From the NCBI GenBank assembly GCA_951406725.2, contig OX597827.1, forward strand, positions 8,308,001 through 8,372,000: a stretch of 64,000 nucleotides of DNA, in the 5' to 3' direction. This document shows, one piece after another, positions 53,276 to 64,000 of this stretch. Position 1 is the first letter of the stretch. Each line of letters starts with the position of its first letter. The DNA is from Octopus vulgaris. Taxonomy: Eukaryota. The position numbers were made by a program, and so were the translations under genes. A model generated the notes under the pieces. That model saw only the letters and a program-made list of their open reading frames with translations. It did no database searches and was not told where the DNA came from.

Positions 53276-53708
53276 CCCTTTAGCGTTTAATCCAACCATA
53301 TCCAGCTCAGATATTCTACCTGTTTTATGTTTAAACTGCCTCTTACACTAGCCTACAATGTTATTCTAAAAATATACAGTCACATCATTAAAATTTCAGG
53401 GTTACAAGGTATTGCTTAATTAACCCTTTCGTTACTGTATTTATTTTGAGATGCTCTGTTTACTTTTAATTAATTTTAAATATAACAAAGGATTTAGTAA
53501 AATAACTTAATTATCATTAAGCCGGTGTTAAGAACATAAATTGTGACTAAGGTTTGGTGGAAGATTTTAATTCAAAACTTAAGAAAACAAGACATTTGTA
53601 CTACAGAGCCAGAGCCGGTTTCAGCCAGGTTGGTATCGAAAGGGTTAATTCAAAACAATGTGAATAAAGAAGCATTACATTTGACAGAGTAATCTGAATG
53701 CTAAAGGG
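53276..53708. mobile_element. TTAA MITE with a second TTAA MITE nested at 53424-53644
   Basis: Outer ttaa|ccctttagc...gctaaaggg; inner ttaa|ccctttcgttac...gtatcgaaaggg|ttaa. Confidence 0.8.
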
Positions 53709-55634
53709 TCAAGGTAATTTTGGGGCTAAATTAGTGTGACACAATATGGAACAAGACAAAATTTTTTAATTACAGGTACATTCCACCTGATGAGATTCCT
53801 CCCCGTTTCTGTTTCTGTCTGTGCGATACTGTTCTCAAGTATGAGTCAAACTGAGGCTACAGTCCAAAATTCCACAAACATTATAATTGTGAAGCAATCT
53901 TTTTAAGCTTTTAGTCATGTTTAACATCTACTTGGATAACTGTGAATTTTGGTAAGAAAAAGAATAAAAAATGAATTTCACAGAATGGTGTCTAACAAAC
54001 CAATGTTCTTTGTTGAATACTACAAATACGAGTGGTGAATCAGCACAGTCAATAGAGAGCTGAACAGAATATTTTGAGGGTTTTGTTCCAACATTCAGTG
54101 CTCTGAGTTAAATACCCACTGAGATCAACTTTGCCTTTTATCCTTTTAGGGTTAATAATGAAATGTGAACTGACAGAATTGTTAGAGTGCTTGACAGGTT
54201 GCCTGTATCTGATCTGTTCTGGCTCTGTGGATTCTAAGCTGAAAATCTAACCCCACCACTGCAAAAACATTAACACTTCTTCTGTCAGGTGTTTTAATCA
54301 ACAGATAATAATAACTGCAACATAAAAAAATTCAGGTAAACATTTCCTTGCTTTGATTTGAAGATTGATTGCCACTACCACCCAGCCGCTGCCACCACCA
54401 GCACCATCACCACCACCACCAACACCACCAAGAGTGAGGGCCAGAAAATGAAATATGCCAATCTGCATAACTTCCATCATTTATCTCTTAATTATCTCAC
54501 AGTTATGAGAATTAATTTTTCAGTCAGCTACATGCTATTAAATTTAAAATTTAAAATTTAAAACTGATGACAGCACTGAAGGACTTTGAAACTTTTTAAT
54601 AAAAAATAGCTTTGGTATAAATATACACAAATATACATACATATCCACAACATTTGTTTAAATCAATATTGGAGATATAAATCATATAAGTCAATTGTTT
54701 TTGGTTCATTTTTGTGTCTTTCACTTGATAATTTTTCTTATCAAATTGGGTTTTTTTTATTTTCATACAGGGTCCATATATGAGAAGGAAATTTATCTAT
54801 CGTTGAAAATCCCTTTAGTGGAGATACTCTTCATTGAACAAATGGATGGTCACAAATACCAAAGTATTGTGACTTACCAGTAAACCATCAGATTGATTTA
54901 ACACCAAGAAGAGTCAAATATGTATGTAATGGTTGTTAATAAATAACGGTAAGTCAATTAGTGTAGTAGTAATTTGAATATCAGTTCATTATAAAACAAT
55001 GTCAAATATGATTAATTACATTTTTTTTTTTAACAAGCAAAACATCAAATTTCTGAAAATTAGAAAATGTTAAATACTTGAAAAGTTTAAATTTTATAAA
55101 ATGGACAATGATTCAAACATTTTTTTACAAGTTTTTTTAGTTATTTAAATAAATCTATATTGAAGCCTGCACATGTCAATCTTTTTCTTTCCTTTTCTTT
55201 TTGTTTTTTTCTTTAGTGCATTTCCAATTTTGAGTAGAATTTATAATTGATAACTTGTAGAAATTTTGGACAATTTCTTTTCTAATGTTTCTTTTTCTTC
55301 TTTCTTTGTTTTTTTTTCTTTTTTGCCTGTTGAAGATTTATAATTTATTTTTAGACTTCCCTAATATACATTTCAAAACAGATTCTCTAGAACTTTTTTC
55401 TTAATGTTAAAATGGTTGAAAAACATTTTCTTATTTTCAATAAGAAACAGAATACATAATGAATGGGTTGTTAAATTGTATAGTTATATAATGTTTTTAG
55501 GTAGATTTGTTGGAATCAGGTCTCTAATTACATGAAAATAATGTGTTTTTTTTTGTCTTAAAGTCTGCTGAATATTCAAAATATTTTTATCATTGTTACC
55601 TGAATATTTTCTTGCTAGTGCAAGTCTAAGAAGT

Positions 55635-55909
55635 CTAGGAATATGGTAGCTTTGGTATCGCTGGTAAAGGTTTACTGTAGGTGGTGAAACTGTTCTTGAC
55701 TGGTAAACTCCGAGACTGGGCTGCTAATTCAGAATTCCGGCAAAGGGCCTGGGCAGATTTTAAATTAATTATATCATTACAGTGAGTGTCAGTATCCAGT
55801 TTGTTAGCATGTTGAGAAGAAATGCTTAAATTCTTTTTCCCACTAAATATTTGAGGCAAAGTCCTTCTGTCGAGACTTTGGTTCATTCCAGGTCGACAAG
55901 TCTTAAGGC
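55635..55909 (-). CDS. Candidate terminal coding exon of an unidentified host gene (about 90 aa, LKTCRPGMNQSLDRR...SKPLPAIPKLPYS*)
   Basis: Strong acceptor tcttttgtttttgcttttgttttctacAG just upstream; open frame with normal composition to TAG; followed by about 1 kb of repeat-free T-rich UTR-like sequence with AATAAA near 55344-55349 (minus). Confidence 0.55.
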
Positions 55910-56958
55910 CTGTAGAAAACAAAAGCAAAAACAAAAGATAGATCAATAAATCTGACTCAAAATAAAAATGAAAAAAATGGAATATTTTAAAAGGTAAAAT
56001 GAAAACTAAACTCAAGTTCCTTATACAACAGATGATAATTCTAGTGGTTATCTTAATTTTACCATATATTAGTCCAACCCATACCAGCATGGAAAATGGA
56101 CGTTAAATGATGATGATAACAACAACGACGACAAGGGTTAAGTAGGGGCTAGTGAAGGAAGTCAACAGGTCTTTTATCTCAAGATAATATTCCTATCATC
56201 AAACATTTGTCTTGTAAAATAGACTAATATTTTTTTTAAATAAAAAATCTATCAGTTTCAGGATGGCTTTGGTTCAATTTCAAATCATTTTCTGTTTTAT
56301 CAAAGACTATTGTGTTAATTTGGTAAAAAAAAGAAACAATAAGATAAAATAAAAATAGAAAATTTATTCATAACAATCTCAAGTGTTTTTATTCTACAAA
56401 GAGTTACAAGAAGCTGAAGAAATATTTATTAAATTATTGGCATTTTTTTTTCTCTCAATGGTAAAATAGAAAATTAAGGTTAAGATTAATAAGATTTGGG
56501 TGAGCAAGTATTAGTGATTATAAGTGCACTGTGGAATATTAAAAATAAACTTATGAATTAAGAATAAAAAATGTAGATAGAAATGACATTGTAGGTTCAG
56601 TTAAATTTCAACAAGTTGGTAAAAGAATATATGTCAAAATATGGATACAGAAAAGACTATGGTTAAGAAGCTTAACTTGTAGCCATGTGGCTTGGGGTTA
56701 AATTTTAATGTGCAGCACTATAGACCATTCTTTTCTATTATAGACCAGGATAGTCATAATAAGGAGAGGATGGGAAAAATTCAGGTTGCTATTACTTCTG
56801 CTAGCAACAAGGGGGTTCTTTCTTTGAGCAAAGGCCATATAAAGATAGTACAGAAATGAAGCAAGCACCAAATGCCGGAAGTATAATAGTAATAGGCCTA
56901 AACGATGTGGTATAGATGAGATGAGTGACAGAATGGGCATAACTGGAATCTTGTATAT

Positions 56959-57185
56959 ATTTCTTTACTACCCACAAGGGGCTAAACACAGAGGGGACAA
57001 ACAAGGACAGACAAAGGGATTAAGTCAATTACATCGACCCCAGTGCGTAACTGGTACTTAATTTATCGACCCCGAAAGGATGAAAGGCAAAGTCGACCTC
57101 GGCGGAATTTGAACTCAGAACGTACCGGCAGACGAAATACGGCTACGCATTTCGCCCGGCGTGCTAACGTTTCTGCCAGCTCACC
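56959..57185 (-). mobile_element. SINE family B
   Basis: Reverse complement of 1098-1328. Confidence 0.9.
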
Positions 57186-57425
57186 TGGTATAGACCTGTG
57201 ATGTATATGAATGATGACAGATGGGTAAAGAAGTGCAAGGAGATCCAAGTGGAAGGAATCGGTAGAAAACCAAGGAAGACATGGAGAGAAAAACTGAAAA
57301 CTGATCTCAAGAAATTATACCTCATAAAGGAGATGACAAAGAAATACGACAAAGGGCAAAACACAATGCTGGAGAGAGTCTGTCCACCCCATACAAGCAT
57401 GGAAAAGCAGATGTAAAAAGGATGA
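57186..57425 (+). mobile_element. RTE-clade LINE 3' fragment
   Basis: VMYMNDDRWVKKCKEIQVEGIGRKPRKTWREKLKTDLK (GRP.KTW motif); tail cccatacaagcatggaaaagcagatgtaaaa shared with family A. Confidence 0.8.
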
Positions 57426-57457
57426 AGGGGATGTTTCTGGTGTATATATAGATACAT

Positions 57458-57765
57458 GTGGAGGCGCAATGGCCCAGTGGTTAGGGCAGCGGACTCGCGG
57501 TCATAGGATCGCAGTTTCGATTCCCAGACTGGGCGTTGTGAGTGGTTATTGAGTGAAAGCACCTAAAAGCTCCACGAGGCTCCGGCAGGGGGTAGTGGCG
57601 ATCCCTGCTGTACTCTTTCACCACTCTTTCTCCTACTCTTTCTTCTGTTGGCCTGCTCGCTTAGCCAGCGGGGTGGCGTCATTCGAAGGATAAAACAATG
57701 CGAATGCATTGTGACCAACAATGTGTAATTACATCTGATGGACTGGTCGGTCACGTGATCACGTG
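57458..57765 (+). mobile_element. SINE family D, full length with 12-bp TSD
   Basis: tggcccagtggttagg A box, gtttcgattccc B box; TSD atatagatacat at 57446-57457 and 57766-57777. Confidence 0.9.
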
Positions 57766-58650
57766 ATATAGATACATATTACATGGTTCTGGGTTCAATC
57801 CCAATGTGTTGCATCTTGGGCATGTCTTCTACTGTAATCCTGGATCAACTAAAGCCTTGTGAGCAGATTGGTAGATGGAAAATAAAAGAATCTCATCATT
57901 TATATGAGCTGCATTCAAAAAGTATCTGACTTTATTTTTTTCTCACCAAAACTAATGCTGCATGGACGAAATCGTTTGAGTGGGAGGTAACATCACCCTT
58001 CTTGGTTATGTGTGAAAATTTTCACCCTGGTAGGCTATATCAGTTCCTGGAGTAACTCCTAGAGTACAGGCATGTTATGTGCATTCATCGGATTTTCGTT
58101 TTCACTCAAGATGACCAACCACATCAAGTAGAGATCATAAACCCATGTCACATCCCCAGTGATCATGATCTCCATGAAGTCTGTACTCTCTGTATATATC
58201 GATCAGTTGTTCATAAGTCCAAAAGGAAATTCTTTTGAACAGTAATATTTAATGTAGTTGTTGGTTATGGCTGGTTACCATTGGTTTTGTGTCTACTATG
58301 CTCTTAGCAATATAGGTGACACATCAACTCTGCTAGAAGAGGCACATAACCTTTATACTAATGGAGTTAAGAATACAGTTTTGGTCAGCCAGGGTTGAAA
58401 AACAAAACACCCTGAAACAAAATTCCTTGAAGTTGGAGATATTTCTCTTTGACCAGTTCCAATTCTGTCTGAAAAGCATTACTTTATGTACGATTTCCAT
58501 TCACTAGTGAACAAGTGGGGAATTCCATGCCTTCAACATGAATTTTCTCTCATGAGAACACTAACCAAATACATGATTTTTGGAATTTAAGAAAGCCCTT
58601 GGGTCAAGTGAAATTTTAAGAACCTTGGACTCATGGCCAATCTTTTTTTA

Positions 58651-58684
<34 letters not shown>

Positions 58685-59100
58685 TTCAAAGCTGGAAATT
58701 GGAAGAAATTTTTGGAAGGAGTTGTTTGTGTAAATACTAGAAGCAAAACAGTGCCTCAGCATCACTGCAGTCCAATGACTAACACAAGAGAAAGAAGATA
58801 CATATGCATATGTGTGTGTGTGTGTGAGTCATTATATATAATATTTATCTTTAGCAAATATTTAACTGGTGAGGACATGTGAAATTGGTAATCAATTCAT
58901 TAAATCTTTATTTTACTGGCTTGCAGTAGTAAATCTCTGACAGAGAAGATCCATATTTCATGCAAACACTAGTATATTTATATATTCCTGTTTTGATAAA
59001 AGAAGACCATGTCTTCATTTTCACTGTTACTGGTGGGTCTGATCTGCAGTGGTGGTGGTGGTGGTGGCTGCAGTGTTTTAAACTTACAGATTTAGAAAGA

Positions 59101-59132
<32 letters not shown>

Positions 59133-59134
59133 AA

Positions 59135-59207
<73 letters not shown>

Positions 59208-60482
59208 CAAGAAAGCTATTGTATAACCTGTATTATTAATCTTTCTTGTCTATGACAAAATTATGAATAACACATTTTCCAAGACATGAATTACCAATAG
59301 TCTTAAATTATATATATTTTAAAGATCTACCTAGATACTCTTTAGGCGACACTAGTGCACATTATTTGAGAGCCACTGTGGCAAAGTATGGTTTAACTGT
59401 TAAGCATTTCAACCAGCCATATCAGGCCCAAATATTGTACCCTGTACTATGTCCAAACCAGCCAGATTCAGCTTCTCTCACCTACCCTACAATGTTATTC
59501 TCAAGATAAACAATCACATCATCTGAATTTTGAAGCTACTGAGTAATGAATGATCGATTCTAAACAAGGTGAATGAATATGAATCATACTTGACAGAATA
59601 ATATGAATGCTAAAGGGTCAAGGAGGATTTTACTGCTATTTCTAGTAGATCTGGTGATTAAACAATATATCCCCTTAAAAACTTATGGAGTTCCTAAGTT
59701 GTTTATGTTTGATCTTAATATAAACGGTCTGAGTTCAAATTCCATCAAGGTCAACTTTGTTTTTCATCCTCTCGGGGTTGATAAAATGAGTGCCAGTTGA
59801 GCATTGGGGTCGATGTAATCGACTTACCCCCTCCCCGAAATTGCTGGCCTTGTGCCAAATTTTGAAAATAATATAATAGGTATATAATATATATATATAT
59901 ATTGTACATAACTTGATATTTATGCAAGGTGGTTTTTGTACAATCATTAATGTATTCGTTACCACACTCAAATACTCTGCTCCTTAATAAACTTTCACCT
60001 TCACTGAAATATTTCTATCTGCTCCCTTTTCTAAATAATCTGCTTTTTTTTTGTCTTTCCTCCAGAAGGAAAGGCAGTGTCTATGATACTTATAGAATCT
60101 CCAAGATTAGTGAGAAGTAGGAAGAAAGGTATTCTCAAACTAAATACTTACAGGAGAGTGGCCTCTGTTAAAGGCATTCAAGATGGCAAAACACAATGCT
60201 TGAGAGAGTGTGTCCACCCCATACAAGCATGGTAAAGCAGATATAAAAAGGATGAAGGTGATGTTTCTGGTGTATATATAGATGCATATCACATATTTAA
60301 CTGGTGAGGACATGTGAAATTGGTAATCAATTCACTAAATCTTTATTTTACTGGCTTGCAGGTGCAGGTGGAGGTATAAAACTGGGCATGAGATTGGGTG
60401 TTTGATTAAGTTTGGCTTAACACTTTTGTAACTAACTTGTCTGAGATGGCTTTTAGTTCTTTGATACAAATTTCCCGTTTTA

Positions 60483-61047
60483 TTGAGTTGTCCAGAAAGT
60501 TCTTGACGATTTTTAAAGGAAAGAAAAGGTCAATAAATATTTGCCATTACATTTTTATTCAACCAAATGTGAACCATTTTGTTGCACAATTTGTCTCCAT
60601 CTTTCCTTCAACTTGAAAATACCCTCTTCCCAGAATTGAGGTGGTTTCATGGCAAAGAATTCATCAAGGTATCTTTTTACTTCATCCAAGGAGTTGAAAT
60701 TTTTACCATTAAGACTATTCTACAGAGACCTGAATAAGTGGAAATCTGAAGGAGCAATATCTGGTGAATATGGAGGGTGGGGTAACACATCCCAGCCGAG
60801 CTGCAGCAATTTTTGTCTGGTTCCCAAAGCATCAAGTGCCAAAAATGAATTTTCTTATCTTCCATTTTAAAGGGTTACAGAAATAACACAGGTTATAGGA
60901 ACATAAACCTTCTTGCACGAAAAGATAGCTTAAACTGTGCTCTAAATGGAGGTGTGGTCAAATCCTATTTTATGGACTCAACCATGTTCTAAAATAAGTC
61001 GAAAGGTAAGCTACTATAAATCGGCACAAACTTTCCAGACAATCCAA
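60483..61047 (-). mobile_element. mariner relic, internally deleted
   Basis: TIRs ttgagttgtccagaaagtt / aactttccagacaatccaa; minus strand PYSPDIAPSDFHLFRSL...FWEEGIFKLKERW. Confidence 0.9.
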
Positions 61048-61329
61048 AACATTTGCGCTCCATGTTATCATCACTGCTACTGCCATTATCACCTGTGTCA
61101 TTATCATAATCATCATCATCATCATCACAGATGCAGGAAATCAATATCATGACATGACAAGGAAATTGATTATCAGAATCAATTGAGCTTTTCACAAAAT
61201 GCTTTGAGGTGTTTTGTTGCAGCATTTAACATTCTGAGCTCCAGTAATGCTGAAGTCAGTTTTACTTTCATCCTTCAAGGGTCAACAAAATAAAGTGCTA
61301 GTAAAATATTGCAATCATTTCTGTAATCT

Positions 61330-61922
61330 TTTATCGTTTACCTGTGTCAGACATCAGACTGCAGCCTTGCTGGGTCACCACCTTGAAGGGCTTTAGTTGA
61401 ACAAATCACTCATTTTGTTTACAAGGCTGGTGCTTCTTCTATTGGTCTTTTCTGCTGAATAACTGGGCGACAGGAATTGACCCTTTAGCATTCAGATTGC
61501 TGTCAAATGTAATGCTTATTTATTCATTTTGTTTTGAATTAACCATGTATTATCTCATTGCTTCGAGGTTTTGATGATGTGATTGCTAACCTTTAGGACA
61601 ACATTGTAGAGGATGTCTGAGAGGCCAGATCTGGCCAGTTTGTTAATAAAACAAGTAGGATTTTTGGGGTCAGATATGGTCACTTGATATGCTAAAGAGT
61701 TAAACAAGCCATCAATGGTTGTCAAGCAGAAGAGGAAGGAATAGATTTAAACACACACACACATGCATATATATGATGTGCTTCCACACATCTTCCATCT
61801 ATTAAATCCACTCATAAGACATTGGCTGACCCAGGGTTATAGTAGAAGACACTTGCTGCACAGTGAAACTGAACCCAAAATCACTTGGTTGTGAAATAAC
61901 CTTCTTAACAAGACAGCTGTGC
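61330..61922 (-). mobile_element. Old SINE C copy with a nested TTAA MITE (61481-61699)
   Basis: Family C similarity on both sides of ccctttagcattcagat...atgctaaagag|ttaa. Confidence 0.7.
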
Positions 61923-62279
61923 CTAAATATTCTTATAAACCATTCTAGATGTATATGGGATTATAACAAAACAGAAGTCAAACTTGACATTTCGTCCTTA
62001 CAGGTCTGCTAAAATAAAGTACCCGTTAAATACTGGGGGTTGATTTGATATTCCTGCAAAGCATCTAGATGTGAATGAAATAATAATGGGTTTCAGAAAC
62101 GTGCAGAAAAAAAAAGGTATTATTCAAGATATCGGTTTTGACTTTACAAAACAAAATTTCTTCTACACTAGATTTAATTACATGAATTTCCTGTTTTCAC
62201 ATTGCTGTAGCATTCAACAAAATGTTACGATCACACAAACAACAAATGTACATTTTTATGTGTGTCTGTGTGAGTCTGT

Positions 62280-62660
62280 GTACATATATATATATATATA
62301 TATTTTTTATTTTTTTTATATAATATATATATATACATATATATATATCACAACATATATATATATATATATATATACATATATATATACACATATATAT
62401 ATATACACATATATATATGCACATACATATATATACATATATATATATATATAAACATACATACTAATACAAATATGTATATATGTATGCCTGTGTATGT
62501 GTGTGTGTACATATATATATATATACACACATGCATACATACATATGTACACATGAATATACATGCATACATACATACATACATACATACATACATACAT
62601 ACATACATACGTACATACATACATACATACATACATACATACATACATACATACATACAT
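62280..62660. repeat. Compound TA/(TACA)n microsatellite
   Basis: Directly visible. Confidence 0.95.
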
Positions 62661-63307
62661 GCTTGCATATATAGATATATATAATATTAGAATGCACCTT
62701 TCTCTACACTGTTGAAAAATAAATGGATAAAATATCGTAAGTATTTTTCATGATAAAATCTCTTTTTCACAACAATCTGTACAGCTTCACCCTGGTCTCT
62801 ATCCAATTCTATATTATTTATGTAAATCTGTGTTTTTTAGAAAAATCTCCTTTGGTTTACACTTTCCAAAAAATTTTATCTAAAATAATTAAAATGAAAT
62901 ATTAATTCTACAACCTTTTGTTTCTGTAAAAGACATTTTAATATGTTGTGATAACCCAGAAACAATATTCCATACATTTATATTTTCTTTGCTCTTCAAG
63001 AGAGAGAGAGAGAGAGAGAGTGGGAGTGTGTGTGTGTGCATGCATGCATGTGTGCATGCATACGTGCGTGCATGCATGTGTGTGTATACGAATGTCTTCA
63101 AATTTTTATTGCTTAATCAGAGGAAGAGCTCTGCCTGTGACCATTTCCAAGGCTTCTGAGACAGGATGAAGGGAAGAAAAAAGAAAGGAAAGAACAAAGG
63201 AGCTAAGGAATGAACTAATGTAAAAAATGAACAACGAACGAACGAAGGGGGGAGGGAGGGAGGGAGGAAAGAAGGAAGGGGGGAAATAGAGGGGGAGGGA
63301 GGGATCA

Positions 63308-63419
63308 ATGTGAAATAAAGTGTCTTGCTCAAGAACACAACACGCAGCCTGGTCTGGGATTCGAACTCACAACCTCACGATCGTAAGGTCGACGCTCTAA
63401 CCACTGAGCCATGTGCCTT
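63308..63419 (-). mobile_element. SINE family E 5' portion
   Basis: Matches ~19829-19932. Confidence 0.85.
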
Positions 63420-63424
63420 CAGAT

Positions 63425-63980
63425 GTACTATATTATCAAGTATGCTTTAGCCACACAAGCATACTTTGATCATATTATATGGTCTAATGTATCTTAGCCA
63501 CACAACCATACTTTTACATTGAGACTATATTATCCTAATGTCTGAAATATGCAGTTATACATATATTATAGCACTATATTATCTAATGTGTCATAACTAC
63601 ACAGTCACATATGAATTATATCAGTACAATACCAAAACTATCTTAACCACACTTACATGCTTATATCATAGCACTACATCGTCTAATGGTCTTAACAATG
63701 CAGCCATACCTGTATCATAGTACTAATGTGTTTAATCACATTAGTTCTCTGTCACAAGTGTGATATAAGCATGTAAGTGTAGTTAAGATAGTTTTGGTAT
63801 TGTACTGATATAATTTATATGTGACTGTGTAGTTATGACACATCTTAACCACAGTTATACATTTATCATGGCACTATATCATCTAGTGCATCTTAGCCAA
63901 AACAACCATACCTCTGCCATTAGACTACATTATCTAATGTGTCTTAACCACACACACGCACATAGATGTATCATAGTACA
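63425..63980. repeat. Degenerate 45-50 bp tandem repeat with an internal inverted duplication
   Basis: Recurring tctaatg..tcttaaccacac..catac..tatcatagcacta; arms 63586-63668 and 63761-63843. Confidence 0.7.
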
Positions 63981-64000
63981 GGTCCATCACTGACTTCCCG

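Noticed and set aside
53787-53830. CTGATGA as a hammerhead core (also CTGAAGA near 13579)
   Set aside because: No stem II followed by GAAA and no helix I pairing.
57458-57535. tRNA genes at SINE heads (also near 19930, 26571 and 63419)
   Set aside because: A and B boxes run into SINE bodies, with a TSD at 57458; no convincing acceptor stem.
58908-59085. Possible minus-strand exon (poly-Pro or poly-His)
   Set aside because: Driven by a short (GGT)n tract; frames close quickly and no donor links it to the 55909 exon.

Overview
AT-rich, microsatellite-dense eukaryotic DNA. The repeat content resembles Octopus/cephalopod genomes (inference, not checked). Almost every long ORF in the track is a translated microsatellite. 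The only credible host coding signal is one candidate terminal exon on the minus strand (55909-55635). The rest is mostly mobile-element debris: four tRNA-headed SINE families (labelled B-E here), an RTE-tailed repeat (A), CR1 and RTE LINE 3' fragments, Tc1/mariner and hAT relics, and TTAA MITEs. Two things stand out. (1) A set of short elements sits in (TA)n tracts, several with an asymmetric fold-back structure typical of Penelope-like insertions. They carry minimal type I hammerhead-ribozyme motifs whose core 3-8 pair varies between families: canonical C3-G8, U3-A8 and an unusual G3-C8. (2) A 4.7 kb head-to-tail dimer (46308-50974) has boundaries that coincide with Helitron-type termini. 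Each unit carries a 106-bp minisatellite, a SINE fragment and one G3-C8 hammerhead hairpin. All alignments and folds were done by eye.
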